From NCBI GenBank assembly GCA_002499545.1, contig DAME01000025.1, positions 6,911-70,910 on the forward strand: a stretch of DNA of 64,000 nt, read 5' to 3'. Origin of the DNA: Euryarchaeota archaeon UBA88. Its GTDB lineage: Archaea; Thermoplasmatota; Poseidoniia; Poseidoniales; Poseidoniaceae. A program made the position numbers and the translations under genes. This document shows, in pieces, positions 40,810 to 50,280 of the stretch. A model generated the notes under the pieces. It was not told where the DNA came from. It saw only the letters and a program-made list of their open reading frames with translations, and searched no databases. Position 1 is the stretch's first letter. Every line of letters begins with the position of its first letter.

Positions 40810-43659
40810 TCAAAGACCGAGACTCGTTCGCGCAGCGGTCAATGCATCGTTTAATCCGTCGGGATTAGACCCTCCGCCTTGAGCCAGAGTGGGACGACCC
40901 CCACCTCCACCGTTGATATGATGCGCTATCGCACGAAGTAAATCTACGGCATTGTAACGCTCAGATGCGGCGGTGTTTTCAGTGACTGCAATCATTAACT
41001 TCCCGCCACCTTCTCGAGAACCGAGTACGGCAAGGGTTGGCGTAGATGCATCAAGCGTCAATTCCTTGAGCATCTTGGTCATCTTTTTCAGGTCGCCCGT
41101 GACTTCCATGACTACGATTCGAACGCCGTCAATATCGTGAGAGTCATCACCGCCGCCCTGCGTTCGCAAACGAACAATTTCAGCTTCCAATTGCTGGATT
41201 TGCTTACGTTGGTCTTTCCATTCATTGTAGAAACGCTCGGTTGTTTTGGGTAGTTCTGAAACTGGTATCCCGTAAACATCACTGGCCTTTCGAAGCAATT
41301 CATCTTGCTCACGAGCATAGTCCAGCGCTGCCTGACCCGCAACGATGTGGAGGCGTTCAACTCCATCTTGAACGGCTGAAGAGCGAATGACTCGGATGGA
41401 ACCAATCTGGCCAAGTTCGTCGTGGTGCGTTCCACCACATGCTTGGATATCGTGGTCTGCGATTCGTAAAATACGGATTGAATTTCCTTTCGGAGCACCT
41501 CCTTGGTACAAGTCAAATCCGTACTTCTTATCGGCATCTTTACGGTTCAATTCCGTCTTTTCTGTACGTTGAATCTTACCGAGAACATCGTTAGCAATCC
41601 CTTCAATCGCATCGAGATCATCTCGCCCAAGACGACGGAAATGCGTAATGTCAAGACGACCAGATTCAATCGACTTGTTTGAACCAGCTTGGTAAATGTG
41701 CGGGCCGAGAATTCGACGAGCAGCGCCTCCTACAATGTGGACAGATGTATGATGATCCATCAATTGCTTTCGACGATTCCAATCCAATCGACCATGAACT
41801 AAATCACCAATCTCGAATGGACCAGAAGTGAGGTGAATGATGTGTTGGCCCTGTTTACGTGTGTTGAGAATTTGGTGATGAACTGAATCGGTGGAAAGCG
41901 AACCGTAATCGCCTTCTTGGCCGCCACCTTCGGGGTAAAAACACGTCTTGTCCAACACCACACCGTGTGTAGCCCCAGCAGGATGGTCATCACCGATGAG
42001 CGGATGGCAGGAAAGGACGCTTGCATCGAATTCTTTCTGTTGCACATCGTCGTAATAAAGCGGCACAGTTGTTGGAATGTTATCCATCACTTCAACGATG
42101 GTTTTAGCTTCAACACTTTGAGCGGCTTTTTTGGCTATTCGTGCGTGCCGTTCAGCCATCTCAGCGGCAAATCCAGTTCGAACTTGTACGTTATTCCAAC
42201 CGGCAGAACGAGCCAAATTGACAACCGTATCAGGAGCCAAACCATGTGAATCATTGAGTTGGAACAACACTTCATCGGGTATCGTTTCAACGTCTTTTGC
42301 AAAGTGCTGTAACTGGGTTACAATCACGTTACCACCTTTACGAATCATTTCGCCGTAGCGTTCTTCTTCCAGTTGAAGAATTCCAAGAATTCCATCTGGG
42401 GACTGCTTCATTGTCTGACCAGCGAGATTGACTTCCAAGTGATGCCGACCGAGTTCTGCCAGTGAGACTTTCAGACCGAGGTCGTCTCGAAGCCGAAGAG
42501 TTCTGCGGGCGAGCATTCGAGCAAGGTACCCCGCTTTCGCATTCGAGGGAACAAGTCCGTCACCGAGCATGTTCGAAAGAGCATGGAGATGATCGGGAAT
42601 AGCATAAATCTTCGATAACGGTTCTGTAACTGCAGAAAATTGTTCCACTGTAACCGTAACTCCACGTTCCGAAAGTCTACGAATGAACGTAGAACGTAGT
42701 TCTTCAGCATCTACGCCCGGCTCGATGTTCATGATACCGTTGAGACGACTCATTTCACCCAGTAGCTTGTTGAGGTTAAGCGACGGCCACTTCGAAGTAA
42801 TCGATTCAAAACCAGCCAATTCTTTGAGCCAAGCTACCGTCTCTGGATAAATTGCCTCGTAAATCGTAGGTGTCCCGGCTGCAGCCCAGCAAAAGCGTTC
42901 CAATCCATACCCCGTGTCAATGATTTGAAGCGGCATTTCCCTGTAGAAGTCACCTTTGAGTTCGATGTCCCCCTCAGGATGTTCTTCTAAGTTCATGAAC
43001 ACGAGGGTTGCGAGTTCAAGTCCACCAACAATGACTTCAACCGCTGCGCCAGCATTGCCCCCACCTGACCATGGGTTCTCAACATAGGTGATTTCTGAAG
43101 TGTCGATTCCAAAGGTTCCAGTCATCAAGTCATGGCAGTATTGAACACATTCTTCCATCCAATAATACAACTTACCTTCCTGTGGGCGGTTGAATGCGTG
43201 ATGTGCCATCATTTCAAACGTAGTCAGGTGACGGCCTGAGCGGCCGACAGCGTCTACATCCGTCAGACGGATACACGGCTGTGATATCGTCAACGGATTC
43301 GCCGGAGGTTCTACCTCTCCCGATGTGACATGCGGTTGGAAATCTGCAATTGATGCGATGGTCAAGTGGATATCGTCTCGCCAACGTGCTAAGACGGGAT
43401 AGGGGTGAATACGTGTATGGTTGACACGCTCGAAGAACTGAAGAAATGATTCTCGCATAGCGTCCTTCAATGCTTTTCCTCGCATTGGATAGCCTTCGAT
43501 GAGCGGTGCTCCGATGAACGTGTATTCATCCTCAGTCGTATCACCACAGGTTTCCCGAACTGGATCTGTCGTCCAAAACCACAAGTCCGTAATACGGCAT
43601 TTCTTACGGCTGTACCCCTCGTTTCGAAAAACGGCTAAATCAATTGGTGGCAATCCCAT
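40810..43659 (-). CDS. alaS: alanyl-tRNA synthetase (archaeal type)
   Basis: TIASIADFQP, QPCIR, HLTTFEMMAHH, IDTGYGLER, FYPEGGGQ, HHTSVH, ACGGTH, GGGGRP. Confidence 0.97.
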   Translation of the reverse strand: MGLPPIDLAVFRNEGYSRKKCRITDLWFWTTDPVRETCGDTTEDEYTFIGAPLIEGYPMRGKALKDAMRESFLQFFERVNHTRIHPYPVLARWRDDIHLTIASIADFQPHVTSGEVEPPANPLTISQPCIRLTDVDAVGRSGRHLTTFEMMAHHAFNRPQEGKLYYWMEECVQYCHDLMTGTFGIDTSEITYVENPWSGGGNAGAAVEVIVGGLELATLVFMNLEEHPEGDIELKGDFYREMPLQIIDTGYGLERFCWAAAGTPTIYEAIYPETVAWLKELAGFESITSKWPSLNLNKLLGEMSRLNGIMNIEPGVDAEELRSTFIRRLSERGVTVTVEQFSAVTEPLSKIYAIPDHLHALSNMLGDGLVPSNAKAGYLARMLARRTLRLRDDLGLKVSLAELGRHHLEVNLAGQTMKQSPDGILGILQLEEERYGEMIRKGGNVIVTQLQHFAKDVETIPDEVLFQLNDSHGLAPDTVVNLARSAGWNNVQVRTGFAAEMAERHARIAKKAAQSVEAKTIVEVMDNIPTTVPLYYDDVQQKEFDASVLSCHPLIGDDHPAGATHGVVLDKTCFYPEGGGQEGDYGSLSTDSVHHQILNTRKQGQHIIHLTSGPFEIGDLVHGRLDWNRRKQLMDHHTSVHIVGGAARRILGPHIYQAGSNKSIESGRLDITHFRRLGRDDLDAIEGIANDVLGKIQRTEKTELNRKDADKKYGFDLYQGGAPKGNSIRILRIADHDIQACGGTHHDELGQIGSIRVIRSSAVQDGVERLHIVAGQAALDYAREQDELLRKASDVYGIPVSELPKTTERFYNEWKDQRKQIQQLEAEIVRLRTQGGGDDSHDIDGVRIVVMEVTGDLKKMTKMLKELTLDASTPTLAVLGSREGGGKLMIAVTENTAASERYNAVDLLRAIAHHINGGGGGRPTLAQGGGSNPDGLNDALTAARTSLGL

Positions 43660-43777
43660 GTGACATACCTCCCGAAGGGAACATACATTCCACTGCCCAC
43701 CAGCCTTCAAACCTTGTGGGTCATCTCTACATGAAAACGAGAACAATGCTCAAAGGTAAACCCCACAAGCAGCAGGC

Positions 43778-45253
43778 ATGACCGAAGACTGGCGCAAGTA
43801 TCTATCGTCACTCGATGATGGCACCATGCGCATCAAGGCGCACGGGTCGATGAAAGTCGATGCACGGTTGATTACAGACCGTCAGCATCTGGACAATCAT
43901 GCAGATGACAGAGGTCCTGAGCAACTCATCAATGCTGCAAGCCTACCTGGGATTGTCGGTGAAGCATGGGGTATGGCTGACTGGCATTTTGGCTATGGGT
44001 TACCAATCGGTGGCGTGATTGCTACCGATATCAATGACGGAGAACTCGGTGGTGCAGTCTCGCCAGGTGGTGTTGGTTTTGACATCAATTGCGGTGTTCG
44101 AATGCTTGCGTTGGATGCGACCGAAAGCGACATTCCAAATCTAAAAAAATTGGCCGGAAGACTCGCTGGAAGAGTTCCTGCGGGTGCATCAGGAAAGGGT
44201 GGATTATCCATCACTTCGTCGCAATTAGATGAACTCATAGTCGGCGGCGCTCAAGCCGCCTCGGAACTTGGGTTTGGTTACGATGAGGATTTGAAGCATA
44301 TCGAATCCAACGGCGTGCTTGATTCAGAGGGGTCAGATATCAGTCATCGAGCCAAAGAGCGTGGCTTACGAGCTCTTGGAACTCTCGGCAGTGGTAACCA
44401 CTTTTTAGAATTACAAACGGTTGGAAAGACCGTCGACAAGGAGACTGCTGAAGCATGGGGGTTGTATGATGGGCAACTTGTCGCCATGATTCATTCCGGT
44501 TCAAGAGGGCTCGGGCACCAAGTGTGCAGTGACCATGTACGGGCATTAGAACGACGTTACAAGCAACGCGGATCTGTCTGGGTAGAGGAAGAATGGGGTT
44601 TTGAGATTCAAGACCGACAACTCGCATCGGCCCCATTTCATTCTGACGAAGGCCAGGCCTATTTCCGAGACATGAATGCTGCAGCTAATTTTGCATTTGC
44701 AAACCGAAGTGCATTAGCGCACAGGCTTCGAGAAGTTCTCCGTTTGGAACTTGGAGTTGATGGCGAAGCTCGGACCTTGTACGATGTATCTCACAACATT
44801 GCCAAAGTGGAAACACATACAATCCATGGGTCGTCTTGTGTTTGTTGCGTTCATCGAAAGGGTGCAACCCGTGCCTTCAGTGGAGACAGTCCAGAGTTAG
44901 CGTCGATGGAGCATTCTCTTGGACAGCCGGTGTTGATTCCTGGAGATATGGGGACTGGTTCGTGGTTGATGGCAGGCCCAAAGCAGGGTCAAAACATAGC
45001 CTTTGGTTCGTCGTGCCACGGTGCTGGAAGAGCACTCTCACGTACCAAAGCGAAGCAAACCATAGATGGAAAAGCACTCAAACTCGAACTTGAACAGAAA
45101 GGAATTCGGATACATGCATCGACTCCGAACGTTCTCTCTGAGGAAGCCCCAAGCGCCTACAAGGATGTCGATGAGGTCATTGACTTGACCCACAAAGCGG
45201 GACTTGCTCGACCAGTCGTTCGACTAAGCCCGCTTGCAGTCATCAAAGGATGA
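43778..45253 (+). CDS. rtcB: RtcB tRNA-splicing/RNA ligase
   Basis: MADWHFGYG, GFDINCGVR, GSGNHFLE, HSGSRG, HNIAK, HRKGATR, CHGAGR, EEAP.AYK. Confidence 0.97.
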   Translation: MTEDWRKYLSSLDDGTMRIKAHGSMKVDARLITDRQHLDNHADDRGPEQLINAASLPGIVGEAWGMADWHFGYGLPIGGVIATDINDGELGGAVSPGGVGFDINCGVRMLALDATESDIPNLKKLAGRLAGRVPAGASGKGGLSITSSQLDELIVGGAQAASELGFGYDEDLKHIESNGVLDSEGSDISHRAKERGLRALGTLGSGNHFLELQTVGKTVDKETAEAWGLYDGQLVAMIHSGSRGLGHQVCSDHVRALERRYKQRGSVWVEEEWGFEIQDRQLASAPFHSDEGQAYFRDMNAAANFAFANRSALAHRLREVLRLELGVDGEARTLYDVSHNIAKVETHTIHGSSCVCCVHRKGATRAFSGDSPELASMEHSLGQPVLIPGDMGTGSWLMAGPKQGQNIAFGSSCHGAGRALSRTKAKQTIDGKALKLELEQKGIRIHASTPNVLSEEAPSAYKDVDEVIDLTHKAGLARPVVRLSPLAVIKG

Positions 45254-45439
45254 TTACATGCAGTAATTGTTCGGCGGCTGACCTGGAATGGTCGGAGCTG
45301 AACCGCTGTGCACCCCATCTGGTTCTTCGCAAATAACGCTCAATAACGTATTCACGAGGTCTTTCAATTCATCAACTTGGCTCTGGAGATCTCGCACTTG
45401 CTTGCGCATCTCCCCTTTCGTGTTTAGCTCTCGCTCCAT
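45254..45439 (-). CDS. small coiled-coil hypothetical protein
   Basis: 61 aa with heptad VRDLQSQVDELKDLVNTLL; stop abuts the rtcB stop. Confidence 0.6.
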   Translation of the reverse strand: MERELNTKGEMRKQVRDLQSQVDELKDLVNTLLSVICEEPDGVHSGSAPTIPGQPPNNYCM

Positions 45440-45561
45440 ATTATCCCATCCGGAGAAGTTGCCTTCTCCATTTTTTGATTTGTAAAAAACGACTTATAGC
45501 CTTTGAGGCAAACTCTGGTTCCAAGCAGCGAATTTGGTGTCGAAAAGAACACGCGAAGCGG

Positions 45562-45567
45562 TTATAT
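45562..45567 (+). promoter_or_regulatory. TATA box of tRNA-Thr
   Basis: TTATAT 32 nt upstream of the tRNA 5' end, preceded by purine-rich CGAAGCGG. Confidence 0.65.
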
Positions 45568-45593
45568 CACACCGGTTTGTCGCCAGCATTACT

Positions 45594-45665
45594 GCCACCG
45601 TGGCTTAGCGGTATAGCACCTCATTGGTAATGAGGAGGTCGCGAGTTCAATTCTCGCCGGTGGCT
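45594..45665 (+). tRNA. tRNA-Thr(GGT)
   Basis: Acceptor GCCACCG/CGGTGGC; anticodon arm CCTCA-TTGGTAA-TGAGG; T arm GCGAG-TTCAATT-CTCGC; no intron, no encoded CCA. Confidence 0.97.
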
Positions 45666-45709
45666 CTTCCTCTGCGACGCAGCATGCACACTGCTCAAAG
45701 ATGTTGAGG

Positions 45710-45792
45710 CGCCGAGAGAGAGATTTGAACTCCCGAGGGACAGGCCCACGCGATTTCCAGTCGCGCGCACTACCAGGCTATGCGATCTCGGC
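45710..45792 (-). tRNA. tRNA-Ser(GGA)
   Basis: Minus strand: acceptor GCCGAGA/TCTCGGC, anticodon arm CGCGA-CTGGAAA-TCGCG, long variable arm, GTTCAAATC T loop. Confidence 0.97.
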
Positions 45793-45901
45793 TTATCTTC
45801 ATCGACCGGACTCCACCGTTTAACGCTCACCCTTGAACAGTCTCATGGAGGCAAGACAAATCGTGCGAAAGAACTCAAAGGTGGAGCGTTTACGGTAGAG
45901 T

Positions 45902-47035
45902 ATGTCGGAGCAGGCAGTTACTGCCGAACTGGTTGACGAAAGTCACGATGTATTACCGCTTCGGCTAAGAGATGTAAAACCATTTTACAATTTTGCCCAA
46001 TTTCATCCCGTCGCTGAATCAATTGACCGAATTCAATCAGAACTCAGATTCAAAGGGAAACTCGCTGCCAAAGAATGGGATCAACAGTACTGGCTGACCC
46101 TGATAATGGGTGTAGTAGCCTTCTTGCTCGGTTCGGTTTCGCCTGAAATTTTCTCAGGTGGATCGCCAGACGATACTGGGATTCAAGGATTGGAAGTCAT
46201 CGGTGGGTTTGCATTCTTCCAAATGCTCGTTTCCATAGTGATTTGGGGTTGGTTCATATTACAAATTGCTCGTATGTTTCCCATCATGCGCGTCCATTCA
46301 ATTTCGCTGCTGGTCTTCTGGAATGCCATCGTAATAGCCCAGTTAATGTTTCATCAGAATCAAATGAATTTCCCAGTTGGTGCATCTGTTTCCGACATGC
46401 TTGGTGGTACACTGGTTACCTTGACAGTTGTATTTTTCATCTACTTTTTTTGTAAAGCAGTCGTCGAAACTCGGGACCTCCACGTTGAAGAATACCACGT
46501 TCATGAGGACGTTCGTGTCATGGAAACTGAAATGGCTGAACATTCACTGATGGGCTGGGGTGTGATTTGTGTGGCGTGGTTCTTCCTCATCAGCGTCTCA
46601 GCGTGGTCTGGAGCAAATTTTGTATCCGAACGGGGTGGTGAACGGATTGGCAGCTATTCTGTTCACATCATCACTGGGCTCCTCTCACTTCCAATATTCC
46701 TCATGATGGTGTGGTACCCTCATCGCATGCTTGGAACGGATGTTCGCGTTACAACCAAAGCAGCATTGCGTGCTGAGAGTCAGATGCAAGACAGTACCGT
46801 AGCAACTACCTCGACTGCGTCTATATGCCCTGAGTGTGAGGCTGCTGTTCCGATTGTACGAGACAAGCTCGGCCAGATTCAGTTGCCATGCCCGACAGAG
46901 GGATGCACTGGATTTGATACAGCTGGTAAAAAATGTCCGCAGTGCACGACCACAATCCCGACGCGGTACGATTGCCCAAAATGCGGAATCAATGCACCGG
47001 TACTTGACTTCATTTCAGATTCGGAGGCATGGTGA
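45902..47035 (+). CDS. polytopic membrane protein with C-terminal double zinc ribbon
   Basis: About six TMs followed by CPEC, CPTEGC, CPQC, CPKC. Confidence 0.8.
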   Translation: MSEQAVTAELVDESHDVLPLRLRDVKPFYNFAQFHPVAESIDRIQSELRFKGKLAAKEWDQQYWLTLIMGVVAFLLGSVSPEIFSGGSPDDTGIQGLEVIGGFAFFQMLVSIVIWGWFILQIARMFPIMRVHSISLLVFWNAIVIAQLMFHQNQMNFPVGASVSDMLGGTLVTLTVVFFIYFFCKAVVETRDLHVEEYHVHEDVRVMETEMAEHSLMGWGVICVAWFFLISVSAWSGANFVSERGGERIGSYSVHIITGLLSLPIFLMMVWYPHRMLGTDVRVTTKAALRAESQMQDSTVATTSTASICPECEAAVPIVRDKLGQIQLPCPTEGCTGFDTAGKKCPQCTTTIPTRYDCPKCGINAPVLDFISDSEAW

Positions 47036-48252
47036 TGAACCCTAAGACATATCGAAACGATTTCCCAACACTGCGTGAGGACGGAGCTCCGACGTATTTG
47101 GACAATGCATGCGTCACGCTCAAACCGGATTCTGTCGTAACTGCCATCAACGATTATTACACCAAAACGCCCGGGTGTGGAGGGCGTTCTGTCCATCGAT
47201 ACAGCACCCGTGTCTCTCGTTCAACCATGGAGTCGCGCATCAAACTCCAACGCTTCTTGAATGCGGAATCCTCGAGTGAAATCGTGTTCACACGCAATGC
47301 AACTCATTCCCTCAACCAGGTTGCCCACGGTCTTTCATGGGAGAAGGGTGACATCGTCCTAACATCCGACAGAGAGCACAACTCAAACCTCGTTCCATGG
47401 TTACAACTTGAACAGGAACAGGGTGTCGACCATCGAGTGGTTCGCTCACACGAAAACAACACGTTCGATATAGAAGAATTTGAACGTGCATGCAGTGAAG
47501 CCGGTCGACGATTAAAACTGGTATCCATGAGTCAAATTGGTAATCTCGATGGAGTTGAAATTCCGATCAAGGAAGTGGCTGCAATTGCGCATGACCATGG
47601 TGCATTGGTGTGCGTAGACGGGGCGCAATCCACTCCCCACATGAACGTTGATGTTCAAGAACTCGACATCGATTTCTTAGCACTTTCAATCCACAAAATG
47701 TGTGGTCCTTCTGGCATGGGAGCGTTGTGGGGAAGGTACGAACTTTTGGACAATCTTCGAACAATTCAATCCGGTGGCCAAACGGTAGCGAATGCAACAT
47801 ATGATTCAATTGAATGGGCGAAACCTCCGAAGAGATTTGAAGGAGGTCTCGCAAACTTTTCCGGTATGATTGCCGCAGGAGAAGCCATCGATTATCTGTC
47901 TCAATTTAATCTCGATGAAGTGCATGAGCATGAGATTCGATTGAATCACATTATGACAGATGGAATCAAAGACTTGCCTGGTGTTGAAATCATTGGTCCC
48001 AAAGATGCTCGACTGCGCGGCGGTATCTGTTCAGTCCTCATGCATGAACTCGAACCTCACGATATCGCTTTACTCTTAGACGAAGCTGCGGGTGTGATGG
48101 TTCGAAGCGGGCAGCATTGCGTTCATTCATGGTTCAATTCTAAAGGCCATTTGAATGGTTCATTGCGCGCATCTGCTTACCTCTACAACACCGAAGAGGA
48201 TGCACGTCTCTTTGCTGAAACCTTTGCAGAAGCAGTGCACGCATTCAGTTGA
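47029..48252 (+). CDS. sufS: cysteine desulfurase, SufS/CsdA-like
   Basis: YLDNA, EHNSN..PW, DGAQS, SIHKMCGP, RSGQHC, RASAYLYN. Confidence 0.88.
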   Translation: MVMNPKTYRNDFPTLREDGAPTYLDNACVTLKPDSVVTAINDYYTKTPGCGGRSVHRYSTRVSRSTMESRIKLQRFLNAESSSEIVFTRNATHSLNQVAHGLSWEKGDIVLTSDREHNSNLVPWLQLEQEQGVDHRVVRSHENNTFDIEEFERACSEAGRRLKLVSMSQIGNLDGVEIPIKEVAAIAHDHGALVCVDGAQSTPHMNVDVQELDIDFLALSIHKMCGPSGMGALWGRYELLDNLRTIQSGGQTVANATYDSIEWAKPPKRFEGGLANFSGMIAAGEAIDYLSQFNLDEVHEHEIRLNHIMTDGIKDLPGVEIIGPKDARLRGGICSVLMHELEPHDIALLLDEAAGVMVRSGQHCVHSWFNSKGHLNGSLRASAYLYNTEEDARLFAETFAEAVHAFS

Positions 48253-48257
48253 TTGCT

Positions 48258-49439
48258 ATGGCCGAAGTTAACGAAGCAGTCGATGAAATTACCCAAACGG
48301 GTTCAGTTTGGGATGGTGTTGAAACACCTCCTCCTTACATCGTTCCAGACTATGACAGAACACTCGAACATGATATCGTCATCGTTCGACGTATTGTAGT
48401 GATATCGCTCACGTTGATTCTACTTTCAGCTGTCGTGTATGTGGGAGGGATTTTTCTCGGCGAAAACGGGTTGGTCGGCTACAGACCTGCTGACTCGGCT
48501 TTGGATTCTCAAGAAATTTATGCAGATCTTGTTCAATTTGATGACGATGAACTGACTGGCAAAGGCGTTCGTGTTTGCATCGTTGATTCAGGATTAGAAC
48601 CAAACCATCCGGATTTGGATAACCTCGGCATCACGCTTTGGAAAGATTTTGTTCTAGACCGGCCCGACGCTTACGACGATGAGGGGCACGGAACCAGTAT
48701 GACTGGGATTTTAGTCGCTGATGGTTGGATGAAAGGTATTGCACCAAACGTCGAACTTCTTGTTGCCAAAGCACTCTCACAAGATGGTTCGGGCAGTGAT
48801 GAAGTTGTGGCAGAGGCCATAGATTGGTGTGCGGCAAATAGTGCAGACATCATTTCGCTTTCACTCGGAGGTGCGCCTGGAATTTTACCGTTTTCATTTG
48901 GTGGTGGAAGGTCATCTGAAGACGCTTCCAACGACGCCATAAATCAGGGAATATTTGTCGTCGCCGCTGCGGGTAATGATGGAGGCGATGACGATGACGG
49001 GGATGTTGCGAGTCCTTGCAGTGTACGAAATGTCATTTGTGTCGGCGGAGTGACGCAATCCGGGACCCACTGGTCGGGTTCTTCCACTGGAGATAACAAC
49101 GGTCGATTACTACCGTTTTTGCTTCCACGTTCCGACCCTAATAAGAAACCTGAAGTCGTCGCTCCGGCTCAATCAGTAGCCGTCATCAATAACCAAGGTT
49201 CGTGGTCGCTGGTGTACGGAACCAGTGCAGCAACGGTGTACGTGACTGGTGCACTGGCATTGTTGCTTGAAAACAACCCTGAATTATCGAATTCGACTTC
49301 CGAAGCCAACATTCAACAAGTGAAGCAATGGATTCAACAATCAAGTCTTCCCGCTGAAGGACAGACCGACCACGATGATGACTATGGGTATGGGCTGCTT
49401 CAAATCAAAGAACTCATTAACGCTGCAAACCAGCAGTAA
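48258..49439 (+). CDS. membrane-anchored subtilisin-family (S8) serine peptidase
   Basis: IVDSG (Asp), GHGT (His), AAAGN, GTSAA (Ser); N-terminal TM. Confidence 0.9.
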   Translation: MAEVNEAVDEITQTGSVWDGVETPPPYIVPDYDRTLEHDIVIVRRIVVISLTLILLSAVVYVGGIFLGENGLVGYRPADSALDSQEIYADLVQFDDDELTGKGVRVCIVDSGLEPNHPDLDNLGITLWKDFVLDRPDAYDDEGHGTSMTGILVADGWMKGIAPNVELLVAKALSQDGSGSDEVVAEAIDWCAANSADIISLSLGGAPGILPFSFGGGRSSEDASNDAINQGIFVVAAAGNDGGDDDDGDVASPCSVRNVICVGGVTQSGTHWSGSSTGDNNGRLLPFLLPRSDPNKKPEVVAPAQSVAVINNQGSWSLVYGTSAATVYVTGALALLLENNPELSNSTSEANIQQVKQWIQQSSLPAEGQTDHDDDYGYGLLQIKELINAANQQ

Positions 49440-50183
49440 TCACTTACGCGTCATCGCTACAAGCGTACCGCCAAACAGTGGCATGAACGCAATATGATGT
49501 GTCGTGTTCGATTTTTCAATCAAACCGATCCAGTGATTGAATCCATCAACCAAAAGAAGGCCATCAGCATCATCCTCGCCAACATCACCCAAGGGCATAT
49601 CTGGTTCAACGGTAAACAAGACACCGTTCGGGGCCATGTAGGGAAGAACCTGTTCTACATATCGGCTACGGATTTCGGACGGCCCGTCCACAATAATTGC
49701 ATCAGCACCGGAGCGAAGTGGTGGATTACCAACTTCAATTCCAGTCGACGACGCAGCCTGCCATGCATTGGTTTCGGCCACCAATGCGTCAACGTTTCCG
49801 ACAACGATGGTGGTGTATGCTTCAGCATCGTGGCGAAGCATCAATCGACGAAGTATCACGGCAAATTTAGCTCCATCTTCAACGAGTTGGTACGTTTCAG
49901 GCTGAAATCCATCGGTTTGGAAAAGGTCGTAAATCCAGGCACTACGGTGCCCAATACCTGCACCAACCTCAATGATGTTTGATGGACGAAGACGACCCAG
50001 AGCGTCTCGTAGACGACGCAGGACAGAACTTGACCAAGTATTCAATCCCATGTGCTGAAGTTGAATGCCTATGTTAGTCGCTATTTCTGGTTCATCACGG
50101 CTTCGAGAGCCATCTGCAGAGAGTAAATGGGCGAGGACGTTTTCTTTTCCGACCTCTCCATCGCCTCCTTGTTCTTGCGACAT
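49440..50183 (-). CDS. class I SAM-dependent methyltransferase-like protein
   Basis: IIEVGAGIGH motif I, DAIIVDG, M.PNGVL. Confidence 0.75.
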   Translation of the reverse strand: MSQEQGGDGEVGKENVLAHLLSADGSRSRDEPEIATNIGIQLQHMGLNTWSSSVLRRLRDALGRLRPSNIIEVGAGIGHRSAWIYDLFQTDGFQPETYQLVEDGAKFAVILRRLMLRHDAEAYTTIVVGNVDALVAETNAWQAASSTGIEVGNPPLRSGADAIIVDGPSEIRSRYVEQVLPYMAPNGVLFTVEPDMPLGDVGEDDADGLLLVDGFNHWIGLIEKSNTTHHIAFMPLFGGTLVAMTRK

Positions 50184-50280
50184 GGTAACGCCTTTCAGTC
50201 GACCTCCTTCAATTCTCTCCCCCGATGATGAGCCGGTGGCTTCAAACGGGAGAGATACAGCGCCTTCAACGGGGATAGCC

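Noticed and set aside
43778-45253. Intein in RtcB (or in TopB, ValS, AlaS)
   Set aside because: Lengths are normal and there is no large insertion with intein terminal motifs
45594-45792. tRNA introns or a tRNA-targeted integrated element
   Set aside because: Both anticodon loops are 7 nt; no integrase and no duplicated tRNA 3' end noticed
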